Origin: an uncultured Actinomycetes bacterium | GTDB taxonomy: Bacteria; Actinomycetota; Thermoleophilia; Solirubrobacterales; Solirubrobacteraceae | Length of the DNA stretch: 64,000 bases | Direction: 5' to 3' | Assembly (NCBI GenBank): GCA_963715695.1 | Contig: OY970266.1 | Span: forward strand, 786,562-850,561 | Shown: positions 35,478 through 45,254 of the stretch, piece after piece | How the letters are laid out: every line of letters starts with the position of its first letter | Numbering within the stretch: position 1 is the stretch's first letter | The notes under the pieces: generated by a model | Told to the model about the DNA's origin: nothing | Seen by the model: the letters and a program-made list of their open reading frames with translations, nothing else | Database searches by the model: none | Made by a program: the position numbers and the translations under genes

Positions 35478-36623
35478 CTACTTCGTCAACAGCGAGGCGC
35501 ACGCTTGCGCCTTCGTGACGTCGCCGCCGGCGTTCTGGATGCACGTGGCGTACTTCTGCACCTTCGCCTGTTGCGAGGCGCTCGGCGTGCTGCCGGAGCC
35601 GCCCGAGCCCGAGCTGCTGGACCCCGCTCCGCCGAGCGCTCCACCGAGCGCACCGCCGCCGGCTCCACCAAGCAGGCCGCCGAGCTGGCCGAGCAGCTCG
35701 TTGAGCGGCTTCGGGTTCGCGGGCGTGCTTATCGTCTGCGGCTTGTTGAGTTCCTGCAGCTCGAGACTGAACGCGATCTGGGCCGACTTCGGCGTGCCGC
35801 TCGAGTCCTTCGGCGCAAGCGCGAGCGCGACCGCCAGCTTGCGCAAGGTCTTGTCGCCCGTGCCCGTCCAGACGTCGATCGTGGCGCTCTTGACCGCATC
35901 CTCGATCTGCTTGCGCGTGTTCGCCGGGATGCTCGTCGGGATCTTCTGTCCGGCCGGCGCCCCCGGGATGCCGCCCTTGCTGGCCACCTTCGCGAGGATC
36001 TTGTCGATGCCGTTGAGGAACGCGTCGACGTCGAGCGCGGCGCTTACGTGCTGCGTCTCGGTGCCACCGATCGACTCGTTGCCCTCGACCTTCGCGTCCT
36101 TCAGCCAGCTGAGCGGATCGATCCCCAAGCCGGCGAGGTCGAACGTTCCCTTCGCCGTCGCGCCCTGCTGCTGGGACTGCTTCATGCTCTGCTTCAGCTG
36201 CGCGAGCACGTTCGCGGGCACCTGGTAGGCGGTGCCGCCGAACTGCACGAACAGGCTGTCACTCGTCGAGGTGAGGCCGGCCTTGATCGACTGACCCTGC
36301 ACGCCGACGTTGACCGCAAGGTCGAACTTCGGCAGCGCACCGCCGCCGACGCTCTGGAACGGGCCGGTCAGCGCGAGCTTGATCGGGCCCTTCAGCGACG
36401 GCACGCCTTGCACGTTGACGACGAGCTGCAGGTTCGCCTTGCCGCTCTTGATCGGATGCGATCCGCTGAACGTCTGCTTCAGCAGCGTCTGCGCGTCGCC
36501 CGAGCCACCCCCGCCTCCTCCGCTGCTGCCGCATGCGGCAAGCCCGCAAACGGCCACTGTCAGCGCGAGCAGCGCGACAACGGCGCGTACCCGGTGTTCG
36601 AAGACGCGATGGATCGAAATCAC
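35478..36623 (-). CDS. Lipoprotein (LppX/LprAFG-like fold suspected)
   Basis: Lipobox LAAC, Gly linker, DPLSWL...ETQHVSA...DVWT; AAGGAG RBS. Confidence 0.7.
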   Translation of the reverse strand: MISIHRVFEHRVRAVVALLALTVAVCGLAACGSSGGGGGGSGDAQTLLKQTFSGSHPIKSGKANLQLVVNVQGVPSLKGPIKLALTGPFQSVGGGALPKFDLAVNVGVQGQSIKAGLTSTSDSLFVQFGGTAYQVPANVLAQLKQSMKQSQQQGATAKGTFDLAGLGIDPLSWLKDAKVEGNESIGGTETQHVSAALDVDAFLNGIDKILAKVASKGGIPGAPAGQKIPTSIPANTRKQIEDAVKSATIDVWTGTGDKTLRKLAVALALAPKDSSGTPKSAQIAFSLELQELNKPQTISTPANPKPLNELLGQLGGLLGGAGGGALGGALGGAGSSSSGSGGSGSTPSASQQAKVQKYATCIQNAGGDVTKAQACASLLTK

Positions 36624-36680
36624 CTGCAATTCTCCTTGTACGACGTGGCGGCCGGCCGCGCGGGCGCTACATTGGGGCGC

Positions 36681-38177
36681 GTGCCTTCCCTGCGCAATTT
36701 GCTGTGCTCACTCATCCTGGCAGGTGCGCTGGTCGGCAGCTCCAGTGTTTGCGCCTCCGCCGCGTCGCGCGTCTTCGTGATGGACCGGAATGGCTCCGTG
36801 CACGCGCAGATCGATCACGCGCTGCCGGCGGACATCGAGCTGCCGCCACCCATCGTCGCGGCCCCCGCCGCAGCCGCCGCGACGGCCCACCACAAGCATC
36901 AGCGCAGCGTCCGCAGCGAGCTCGCGCGGATGCTGAAGCAGCACCAGATCAGCACGGCCACCTATCGCAACGACCGCGCGATCTTCGACAACGCGGTCCG
37001 CACCGTGAAGCGCTTGAGCGGCACGCGCCGCAGCGAGCTGCAGGCGGTGCTGAGCACGCTCCACGGGATCGCCGTGCGCCGCCAACTGACTCCGTCGCGG
37101 CTGCCGCAGCTGTTCCTGATCCTCGAGCGCAACCGCCAGTGGTGGACGACCGGCCGGCTGCTCGGCTACGGCCAGCGCGTCGAGTTCTCCGACAGCGAGC
37201 TGGTGTGGGAGTCCTACCCCGGCCAGGGTCTCCAGCTGCAGGCGCTCGGCACGTTCGGCAAGGCGAACGGCCTGTGGCAGTCCAAGCAGGACACGAAGCT
37301 GCGCGCGTTGCTCGACGAGATGGCGCCGCTCGCCGCCAAGCGCGGCAAGGCGCGCGCGTGGGAGTACGACTTCGCCTTCGGCGGCGGCATCCCGCCGTGG
37401 ACGAGCGGGCTGTCGCAGGCGACGGGGATCCAGTCGCTCGCGCGAGCGTCGGTGGAGCTGAAGGAGCCGAAGTACCTCGCGGCAGCGAAGGCAGCGCTGC
37501 CGCTGTTCACGATGGCGCCGCCGCTCGGTGTCCGGCTGCCGACGAAGCTCGGCGCCCGCTACCTGATCTACTCCTACGCCCCCGGCCAGATCGTCATCAA
37601 CGCCTTCGTGCAGGCACTCGTGGGACTCCACGACTATGCAGAGATCGCGAACGACCCGACGGCTCGCAAGCTGTTCCGCGCCGGCGATCGCCAAGCGCGC
37701 GTCGACGTCCCCGCCGGCAACACCGGTGCCTGGTCGCTCTACCAGCTCGGCGGCGCGGAGTCCGACCTCAGCTACCACGAGCTGCTGCAGGGCTTCCTCG
37801 CGAACCTGTGCAACCGCACGCAGACCGACGTGTACTGCACGACCGCGAAGGACTACTCGCAGGACCTGAAGGACCCGCCGGAGATGGCGCTGCTGACGAA
37901 GCGCGTCGCCGCCTCGAAGCCCGGCAAGCCGCGCGCCACCGTCAACGTGCGCTTTCACCTCTCGAAGGTCGGACGCGTCGGGATGACGATCCGCCACGGC
38001 GACCGTGTCGTCTTCTCGACGAGCGCCGGCCTCGCGCACGGGAATCACTTCTACACGTGGCGGGTGCCGACGGTGCCGGGCCACTACGACGTCACGCTCA
38101 GCGGGACCGACCTCGCGGGCAACAGCGACCAGACGACCGGGCAGATCACCGTCGTCGGGCCCGCGCCGCCGACCTAG
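36681..38177 (+). CDS. Secreted D-glucuronyl C5-epimerase-family protein with C-terminal Ig-like domain
   Basis: WEYDF...WTSGLSQATG, INAF...LVGLHDY, TGAWSLY...YHEL motifs; signal peptide. Confidence 0.7.
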   Translation: MPSLRNLLCSLILAGALVGSSSVCASAASRVFVMDRNGSVHAQIDHALPADIELPPPIVAAPAAAAATAHHKHQRSVRSELARMLKQHQISTATYRNDRAIFDNAVRTVKRLSGTRRSELQAVLSTLHGIAVRRQLTPSRLPQLFLILERNRQWWTTGRLLGYGQRVEFSDSELVWESYPGQGLQLQALGTFGKANGLWQSKQDTKLRALLDEMAPLAAKRGKARAWEYDFAFGGGIPPWTSGLSQATGIQSLARASVELKEPKYLAAAKAALPLFTMAPPLGVRLPTKLGARYLIYSYAPGQIVINAFVQALVGLHDYAEIANDPTARKLFRAGDRQARVDVPAGNTGAWSLYQLGGAESDLSYHELLQGFLANLCNRTQTDVYCTTAKDYSQDLKDPPEMALLTKRVAASKPGKPRATVNVRFHLSKVGRVGMTIRHGDRVVFSTSAGLAHGNHFYTWRVPTVPGHYDVTLSGTDLAGNSDQTTGQITVVGPAPPT

Positions 38178-38228
38178 CTGCGCGGGGCGCGCGGAGGGCG
38201 TGCCGCACGCGGGCGTAGAATCGGCAAC

Positions 38229-38708
38229 GTGGCACCGAAGCCGTCCCCAACGCCCGCGAAGACCTGGATCCTCACGGGCTCGCCCGAGAACTACGCGGCG
38301 ACGCGCGAGCACGGCTACGAGGTGATCGGGCTGAAGGAGCGCAACCGCAACCGCGCGCTCGAGATCGCCCCCGGCGACCGCATCGTGCTCTACCTGACGC
38401 GCGTCATGGCCTTCGCCGCCTCGATCCGCGTGACCGGCGAGCTGTACGAGGATCGCGTGAAGATCTGGCCCGGCAAGCCGGGCAAGGCCGACCCGTACCC
38501 GTGGCGCTTCGCGACCGCGCCGGAGCTCGTGCGCGACGAAGGCGACTGGATCCCCGCGGAGACGCTCGTCGGCACGCTCGAGCACATCGGCAAGTGGCCG
38601 GTCGAGCACTGGAAGCTCGCCTTCCAAGGGCAGATCCGCGCCGTCTCCGAGCACGACGCGGACGTCTTGTGCGAGCGTCTCGGCGCGGCGGCCGGCGTAC
38701 GTGCCTGA
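38229..38708 (+). CDS. EVE (PUA-like) domain protein
   Basis: WIL...PGDRIVLY...YPWRF. Confidence 0.8.
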   Translation: MAPKPSPTPAKTWILTGSPENYAATREHGYEVIGLKERNRNRALEIAPGDRIVLYLTRVMAFAASIRVTGELYEDRVKIWPGKPGKADPYPWRFATAPELVRDEGDWIPAETLVGTLEHIGKWPVEHWKLAFQGQIRAVSEHDADVLCERLGAAAGVRA

Positions 38709-39390
38709 GCGCGGGGCGCTGCTGCCGCGGCTCGTGCGCGCCTGGCGCGCGCTGTCCGCAGACGATCGCCTCGCCGCCTTCGCCGCGTTTGGCTTGTTCG
38801 TCTCGATGCTGCTGCCGTGGTACCAGCAGAACGCGGTGGTCACGGCCAGCCGCACGACCCCGCTCGTGAGTCAGGACCTGAGCGCCTTCGGGGTCTTCTC
38901 GTTCGTCGAGGCCGCCGTCCTGCTCGTCGCGATCGGCGTGGTCGTGCTGCTGTTCGCGCGCGCCGAGCGGCACACGTTCCATCTGCCCGGCGGCGACGGC
39001 ACCGTCGTGCTGGGTGCAGGCCTGTGGGCCGCCCTGCTGCTCGTCTGGCGGCTGTTCGACAAGCCGGGCATCGCCGGCAAGGGCGTCGCCGGGAACGTCG
39101 GCATCCAGTGGGGGATCTTCTTCGCGCTCGGCGCCGCCGGCGTGCTCGCCTACGCGGGCGCGCGGATGCGGCGCGGGCGCCAGCCCAAGCCGCCCTTCGT
39201 CGAGCCGCCGCGGGCGCGGCGTCGCATGCCCGAGCCCGCGCCCGCGCCACCCGGCACGACCGCCACGCGCGTGCTGCCGCCCGAGAGCCGGGCAGTGGTC
39301 GCCCGCCCGCCGCGACGACCGTCCGTGCCTGAGGATCAGCTGACGATGGGCCTCGACGCCGAGCCGCCGGCGACGCTCGAAGATCGCTGA
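38701..39390 (+). CDS. Hypothetical four-TM membrane protein
   Basis: LPWY motif, hydrophobic segments; 8-bp overlap with the EVE gene. Confidence 0.75.
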   Translation: MPERGALLPRLVRAWRALSADDRLAAFAAFGLFVSMLLPWYQQNAVVTASRTTPLVSQDLSAFGVFSFVEAAVLLVAIGVVVLLFARAERHTFHLPGGDGTVVLGAGLWAALLLVWRLFDKPGIAGKGVAGNVGIQWGIFFALGAAGVLAYAGARMRRGRQPKPPFVEPPRARRRMPEPAPAPPGTTATRVLPPESRAVVARPPRRPSVPEDQLTMGLDAEPPATLEDR

Positions 39391-39431
39391 GCGGCGGCGC
39401 GCGGCAGGCGCGCCGCTATCGTTCGCCGCCC

Positions 39432-40340
39432 ATGGGCATCGAGCCGACAGCCGTTGCAGACGTCGCCGATGGCCTGCGCGCCGCCGGCTACCTGCCCGGC
39501 GAGGCGACGGCACTCGTCTCCTACCTCGCGACGAAGCTCGGCAAGCCGGTGCTCGTCGAGGGTCCGGCCGGCGTCGGCAAGACGGAGCTGGCGAAGGCGC
39601 TGTCGCGCTACCTCGGCCGCGAGCTCGTGCGGCTGCAGTGCTACGAGGGGCTCGACGAGGCGAAGGCGCTCTACGAGTGGAACTACCGCAAGCAGTTGCT
39701 GCGGATCCAGGCGGAGGCCTCCGGCACCGGCTGGGACGCGGTGCAGGAGGACATCTTCGGCGAGGAGTTCCTGCTCGCGCGCCCGCTGATGACGGCGATC
39801 GCCTCCGAGCAGCCGGTCGTGCTGCTGATCGACGAGATCGACAAGACCGACCAGGAGTTCGAGGCGATGCTGCTCGAGCTGCTGTCCGACTTCCAGATCT
39901 CGATCCCCGAGCTGGGCCGGATCGACGCGCGCACGCAGCCGGTCGTGCTGCTGACGTCGAACAACTCGCGCGAGCTGACGGAGGCGCTGAAGCGCCGCTG
40001 CCTCTACCTGTGGCTCGACTACCCCGCGCTCGAGCACGAGCTCGAGATCGTGCGAATGCACGTGCCCGAGCTCGGCGAGACGATCGCGCAGAAGCTCGTG
40101 GAGGTCGTCCAGGAGGTGCGCGCGCTCGACCTGAAGAAGCCGCCGTCGATCGCCGAGTCGATCGACTGGGCGCGCGCGTTGCTGCTGCTCGGCGCCGAGG
40201 ACCTCGACGCCCAGACGTTCCGCGACACGATGTCGGTCATCGTCAAGCACCGCACGGATCTCGACATCGTCGCCGCGCGCGTCGGCGTGAAGCTCGAGGG
40301 AGCGCCCGATGGGGCCTTCGGCTCCCGTACCGGCGCCTGA
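39432..40340 (+). CDS. MoxR-family AAA+ ATPase (CoxD-like)
   Basis: [36 protein letters not shown]. Confidence 0.95.
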   Translation: MGIEPTAVADVADGLRAAGYLPGEATALVSYLATKLGKPVLVEGPAGVGKTELAKALSRYLGRELVRLQCYEGLDEAKALYEWNYRKQLLRIQAEASGTGWDAVQEDIFGEEFLLARPLMTAIASEQPVVLLIDEIDKTDQEFEAMLLELLSDFQISIPELGRIDARTQPVVLLTSNNSRELTEALKRRCLYLWLDYPALEHELEIVRMHVPELGETIAQKLVEVVQEVRALDLKKPPSIAESIDWARALLLLGAEDLDAQTFRDTMSVIVKHRTDLDIVAARVGVKLEGAPDGAFGSRTGA

Positions 40341-41715
40341 GCCGGCGCCCCCGGGCCTGGACGCGAAGCTGCTTGGCTTCGCGGAGGAGCTGCGCGGCGA
40401 GGACGTGGCGATCGGCACCTCCGAGCTGCTCGACGCGTTCGCCGCGCTGAACGAGGTGCCGTGGAGCGCGCGCTCCGACTTCAAGGAGGCGCTCGCCGCG
40501 ACGCTCGCGAAGTCGCAGGACGACCGGCGCGTGTTCGAGCTCGTCTTCGACCGTTGGTTCTTCCGTCAGGCGGAGGCGCAGGCGGCAGCGCAGGATGTGA
40601 CCGAGGGCGACGGGCTTGACGGCGCCGACCAGATCAACCTCGACACGCTGCGCCAGCAGATCGCCGCCGCCTTGCAGGACGGCTCGGAGGGCGCGATGCG
40701 CGACCTCGCGCGGCTCGCGATCGCCGCCTTCGGCGACCGCGGCGACGGCTCCGGCGTGATCGGCGTCGACGTCCAGCGGATCCGCCGCGCGCTCGGCCTG
40801 CGCGCCGAGCCGCAGCCGGAGCTGCCGGAGGGCGACCCGCGTCGCGACGGCTTGCCGCGCGAGCAGCTGCGGCGCTTCGAGGCGCACCTGCGGCGCGAGC
40901 TGGAACGCGGCCTGATCGAGCGCACGAAGCAGCTGCCGCCGTCGCGCCCGCTGTCGGAGATGGATCGCTCCCTGCCGGGCGGGCCGATCCAGGACCTCGC
41001 CGCCGTGCACCGTGTAGTCGCGCAGCTGAAGCGCCGGCTCGCGACGCAGGGCCAGGAGCAGCGCGGGCGCAAGCGCCATGCGCACGTCGACGTGCGCCGG
41101 ACGATGCGCGCCTCGCTGGAGACGGGCGGCGTGCCGGTCGTCTTGAAGTACCGCCCGCAGCGGCCGAAGCGGCCGGAGATCTTCGTGTTGTGCGACGTCT
41201 CGACGAGCGTCACGTCGGCGAGCGTCTTCTTCCTCTCGGTCCTGCACGCGCTGCACGACTCGTTCCGCAAGCTGCGCTCGTTCGTCTTCATCGAGCGGAT
41301 CTCGGAGGTGACGGAGGTCTTCGAGCGCGAGCGCGACTTCCGCAAGGCGAACGAGGCGATCTCGCGCGACGCAGGCGTCGCCGACATCTCCGGCTACACC
41401 GACTACGGCCGCGTCTGGACCGAGTTCCTCGCCGAGGTCGAGGACGACCTCCACCCGCGCGCCACGGTGATCGTGCTCGGCGACGCACGCACGAACGGCC
41501 GCCCCCCACGCGACGAGATCTTCGCCGCGATCGCCGCGAAGGCCGGCCGCACCTTCTGGCTCAACCCCGAGCCGCGCCTCTACTGGAACTACGGCGACTC
41601 CGTGATCGCCGCCTACGAGCGCCACTGCACGGCATTCGAGTGCTGGACGACCGCCCAGCTGGAGGAGTTCGTCAAGGCGCTCACCGGGCCCCAGGGCTTC
41701 AGCGCGCCGCGCTGA
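40309..41715 (+). CDS. VWA domain protein (CoxE-like)
   Basis: DVRRTMRASL, CDVSTSV MIDAS, TDYG, LGDARTN, WLNPE. Confidence 0.93.
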   Translation: MGPSAPVPAPEPAPPGLDAKLLGFAEELRGEDVAIGTSELLDAFAALNEVPWSARSDFKEALAATLAKSQDDRRVFELVFDRWFFRQAEAQAAAQDVTEGDGLDGADQINLDTLRQQIAAALQDGSEGAMRDLARLAIAAFGDRGDGSGVIGVDVQRIRRALGLRAEPQPELPEGDPRRDGLPREQLRRFEAHLRRELERGLIERTKQLPPSRPLSEMDRSLPGGPIQDLAAVHRVVAQLKRRLATQGQEQRGRKRHAHVDVRRTMRASLETGGVPVVLKYRPQRPKRPEIFVLCDVSTSVTSASVFFLSVLHALHDSFRKLRSFVFIERISEVTEVFERERDFRKANEAISRDAGVADISGYTDYGRVWTEFLAEVEDDLHPRATVIVLGDARTNGRPPRDEIFAAIAAKAGRTFWLNPEPRLYWNYGDSVIAAYERHCTAFECWTTAQLEEFVKALTGPQGFSAPR

Positions 41716-41800
41716 TTCACGCCTCCAGGCACACGAGATCTCCGCTGAATTGGTGCAGCGCGAGTCAGTGCCTTGATTCGCGCTCCGGAAGACTTGGCGC

Positions 41801-42085
41801 GTGCTCGTTGCCCGCCTGCTCTTCAACGATGTTGCACTGGCGAAGCTCGCGCGCCGTGGCATCGCCATGAGCGAGGTCGCCCAGTTGCCGCGCAACGGAA
41901 CGCTCGTCACGCGGAACGCTCACCCGCGCGTGCCAGGAAGCCGCCTGTTGATCGGACCGACGGATGGAGGTCGGATGCTCACCGTCGTCATCGAGCCAGA
42001 CCGCGCCGACGATGCCACCTGGCATGTGCGCACCGCGTGGGATGCGAGTGCCCGCGAGCGCAGCGCCTACCATCGAAGGAGCTGA
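41801..42085 (+). CDS. BrnT/RelE-fold toxin-like protein
   Basis: IGPTDGGRMLTVV...VRTAWDAS.RER..Y pattern; small, basic. Confidence 0.65.
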   Translation: MLVARLLFNDVALAKLARRGIAMSEVAQLPRNGTLVTRNAHPRVPGSRLLIGPTDGGRMLTVVIEPDRADDATWHVRTAWDASARERSAYHRRS

Positions 42086-42094
42086 GACGTCATC

Positions 42095-42331
42095 ATGGTG
42101 AGCGTGCCGCAGCGAAACGAGCATCGCGACATCGGTCCCGATTCGTCCATGGACCTGGACGCGATGGAGTCTGTCGAGGTTACGCCGGACTACCGGGCCG
42201 AGTTGTCGGTGCCCTTCACCACGAAGCAGCTCGCCACGCTTGAGCGGGTCGCCCGTGCAGACGGCATCAGCCCCGCGACGGCGGCGCAGCGCCTCGTCGA
42301 AGAGGCGCTGGCGGTGCGCGCACACCGCTGA
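42095..42331 (+). CDS. Putative antitoxin with C-terminal ribbon-helix-helix
   Basis: Acidic N-terminus followed by LSVPF...LERVARADGISPAT...LVEEAL; 9 bp after the toxin. Confidence 0.6.
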   Translation: MVSVPQRNEHRDIGPDSSMDLDAMESVEVTPDYRAELSVPFTTKQLATLERVARADGISPATAAQRLVEEALAVRAHR

Positions 42332-42356
42332 CGAGTAGCATTCGCCGCACGCAAGA

Positions 42357-42453
42357 AACCAGGGGGGCTGGCGGGTGAGCCGGCTGAGATAGCGCCTTTC
42401 GGATGACCCGGCGCTGACCCTTCGAACCTGTGGGGTAATGCCCGCGGAGGGAG
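42357..42453 (+). ncRNA. TPP (THI-box) riboswitch
   Basis: CCAGGGG...GCTGAGA...ACCCTTCGAACCTG...GGTAATGCC.GCGGAGGGAG; sits directly before an NMT1/THI5-type ABC operon. Confidence 0.93.
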
Positions 42454-42455
42454 CG

Positions 42456-43229
42456 ATGGTCGGAACGCATGAGGCTCCTGTGACGGCGCCTCGTTCCAGC
42501 GCAGGGCAGGACGGCGTGCGGGTCGAGGCCGTCGAGCGGACCTTTCGCGGGCGTCGTGGCGAGGTCGCCGCGCTGCGCGGGATGGATCTGCGTGCCGCGC
42601 CGGGCGAGATCGTCGCGGTCGTTGGCCCGAGCGGCTGCGGCAAGTCGACGCTGCTCGAGCTGATCTGCGGGCTCCAGGCGCCCGACGCCGGCAGCGTGCG
42701 CGCCGACCCGGCCGTGCTGATGCCTCAGCGCGACGTGCTGCTGCCGTGGGCCTCGGCGCTCGACAACGCGGCGCTCGCGCTGCGCGTGCGCGGCGCCGCG
42801 AAGGCCGCGGCGCGCGCAGCCGCGGCACCGTGGTTCGAGCGGTTTGGACTCGCCGGCTTCGAGCGCGCACGCCCGGCAGAGCTGTCGGGCGGGATGCGCC
42901 AGCGCGTCGCGTTCGTGCGGACGCTGCTCGCCGGCAAGCCGGTGCTCGCGCTCGACGAGCCGTTCGCGTCGCTCGACGCGCTCACGCGGCAGGAGATGCA
43001 GAGCTGGCTCGCACAGACGCTCAGCGAGGAGCCGCGCACCGTCGTGCTCGTGACGCACGACGTCGAGGAGGCGGTGCTGCTCGCCGACCGCGTCGTCGTG
43101 ATGTCGCCGCGGCCGGGCCGCGCGGTCGCCGAGCTGCCGGTCGCCCTGCCGCGCCCGCGCCGCCGCACCGACCCGGCCGTGCTCGCACTGCGCGAGCAGG
43201 CGCTTGCCGCGCTGGGGGCCGACGCATGA
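42456..43229 (+). CDS. ABC transporter ATP-binding protein (ThiZ-like)
   Basis: GPSGCGKST, LSGGMRQR, LDEPF, VTHDVEEA. Confidence 0.92.
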   Translation: MVGTHEAPVTAPRSSAGQDGVRVEAVERTFRGRRGEVAALRGMDLRAAPGEIVAVVGPSGCGKSTLLELICGLQAPDAGSVRADPAVLMPQRDVLLPWASALDNAALALRVRGAAKAAARAAAAPWFERFGLAGFERARPAELSGGMRQRVAFVRTLLAGKPVLALDEPFASLDALTRQEMQSWLAQTLSEEPRTVVLVTHDVEEAVLLADRVVVMSPRPGRAVAELPVALPRPRRRTDPAVLALREQALAALGADA

Positions 43230-44077
43230 GCGACACCCCGGACGGCCACGACGAGCCGCGGCGCCCGGACGGCGTGCGGGCCAATCCGTACGCCTGGGTG
43301 TCGGCAGCGCTGGACGTGCTCGGCTGGGGCACTGCCGTCTTGATCGTGCTCGCGCTGTTCGGCGCGTGGGAGCTGTACGTCGACCTCGGCTCCGTCGATC
43401 CGCTCGTGCTGCCCGCCCCCCACGCGGTCGGCAAAGCGCTGTACGTGGACCGCGCGCTGCTGTGGAGCAACTTCACCGTCACGGCGGATGAGCTGCTGCT
43501 GGGGATCCTGATCGCTGGACTCGCGGGATTCGTGCTTGCGGTCGCGCTGCATCTGTCGCTCGCGCTGCGGCGCTCTGTCTACCCGCTGCTGGTTGCTTCG
43601 CAGACGATCCCGATCGTGCTCGTCGCGCCGCTGCTCGTGATTTGGCTGGGCTTCGGTATCGCGCCGAAGCTCGTGGTGATCGGGCTCGTGTCGTTCTTCC
43701 CGATCGCGGTCACGACGCTCGATGCACTCGGCCGCGTCGACCCCAAGCAAATCGAGATGCTGCGAACGCTCGACGCTTCGCGCTGGCGGATCCTGCGCCA
43801 TGTCGAGCTGCCGGCTGCATTGCCGGGGCTCTTCAGTGGCGCGAAGGTCGGCGTGACGGTCGCCGTGATCGGCGCTGTCTTCGCCGAGTGGGTCGGCTCG
43901 TCCAGTGGCCTCGGCAACCTCATCCAGCAGGCGATCCCCCAACTCGACACGGCGCGCGCCTACGCGGCCGTGGTGATCCTGTCCGCCTTCGCGATCAGTC
44001 TCTTCGCCTTGCTCACACTTGTCGAGCGACTTGCGCTGCCGTGGACGCACGACCCCCCAGGAGGCACCGACCGATGA
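43226..44077 (+). CDS. ABC transporter permease (ThiX-like)
   Basis: TauC/SsuC-type TM pattern, LPAALP, IGAVFAEW..SSSGLG. Confidence 0.92.
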   Translation: MSDTPDGHDEPRRPDGVRANPYAWVSAALDVLGWGTAVLIVLALFGAWELYVDLGSVDPLVLPAPHAVGKALYVDRALLWSNFTVTADELLLGILIAGLAGFVLAVALHLSLALRRSVYPLLVASQTIPIVLVAPLLVIWLGFGIAPKLVVIGLVSFFPIAVTTLDALGRVDPKQIEMLRTLDASRWRILRHVELPAALPGLFSGAKVGVTVAVIGAVFAEWVGSSSGLGNLIQQAIPQLDTARAYAAVVILSAFAISLFALLTLVERLALPWTHDPPGGTDR

Positions 44078-45081
44078 CCCGCCGCGCCGTTCCCGCCGCG
44101 CTTGCCGCGCTCGCAGTGCTTGTCGGCCTGAGCGCCTGCGGCGAGAAGCACGACACGACGGGCCCGGGCGCGCAGCGCTCGTTCAGGCTGATGCTCGACT
44201 ACCTGCCGAACGCGGACCATGTCGGGCTCTACCAGGCGCTCGCGAGCGGCGACTTCACGCGGGCGGGGCTCGCCGTCAACGTGCAGACGCCGTCCGACCC
44301 TGCGGCCCCGCTGAAGCTGCTCGCAGCCGGCAAGGTCGACCTCGCGATCTCCTACGAGCCGGAGCTGCTGCTCGCGCGCGACAAGGGCGAGCAGCTCGTC
44401 TCGGTCGCCGCGCTCGTGCAGCAGCCGCTGACGTCGTTGATGACGTTGAAGAAGGGCGTGCGGGCGCCGGCTGACCTGCGCGGCAAGCGCGTCGGCACGG
44501 CCGGGATCCCCTACCAGAGCTCGTACCTGACGACGATCCTCCAGCGCGCGGGCGTGCCGCGCGACAAGGTCAAGGAGACGAACGTCGGCTTCAACCTCGT
44601 GCCGGCGATGCTGTCCGGCAAGGTCGACGCGACACTCGGGGCGTACTGGAACGTCGAGGGCGTCCAGCTCGCACGCGCCCACAAGCGCGTGCGGATCCTG
44701 CGGATGGAGCAGCTCGGCGTGCCGACCTACGACGAGCTGGTCGTCGTCGCGCGCAAGCGCACGCTGGCCGACCAGGGTGACGAGGTGCGTGCGTTCGTGC
44801 AGGCGCTCGCGCGCGGTTACGCGGCAGCCCAGGCGAACCCGCAGGCCGCGACCGACGCGCTCGTGAAGGCGAATCCCGACCTCGACGCGGGCTTTGCGCT
44901 CGCAAGCGTCACCGCCTCGCTGCCGGCCTTCCGCCCACCCGCCGGCAAGCCGTTCGGCTGGCAGGATCCCGCGCAGTGGCAGGCCTACGGCCGTTGGATG
45001 CTCCAGCAGGGCTTGCTCGACGCGAATCCCAACGCGAGTGCTGCGTTGACCGACGAATTCCTCGCCGGTCAAGGGTCCTGA
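44074..45081 (+). CDS. ABC substrate-binding lipoprotein, NMT1/THI5 family (ThiY-like)
   Basis: Lipobox LSAC, LDYLPNADH, ISYEPE. Confidence 0.9.
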   Translation: MTRRAVPAALAALAVLVGLSACGEKHDTTGPGAQRSFRLMLDYLPNADHVGLYQALASGDFTRAGLAVNVQTPSDPAAPLKLLAAGKVDLAISYEPELLLARDKGEQLVSVAALVQQPLTSLMTLKKGVRAPADLRGKRVGTAGIPYQSSYLTTILQRAGVPRDKVKETNVGFNLVPAMLSGKVDATLGAYWNVEGVQLARAHKRVRILRMEQLGVPTYDELVVVARKRTLADQGDEVRAFVQALARGYAAAQANPQAATDALVKANPDLDAGFALASVTASLPAFRPPAGKPFGWQDPAQWQAYGRWMLQQGLLDANPNASAALTDEFLAGQGS

Positions 45082-45254
45082 CATCGGATTCGCGCTGTGG
45101 CGAGATATGTGGCAACTTTTGCCTGCAGGCCGCGTTGAAGCACAGCGTAGGCTCGTCGACATCCTCACCGCGTTACGTTTTTGGGATAGCGGTGTTAGGA
45201 TTTGTGTGTTGACGAGCGCAAATGTGCCAACTTTTTGATTGAAGGAGACAGACC

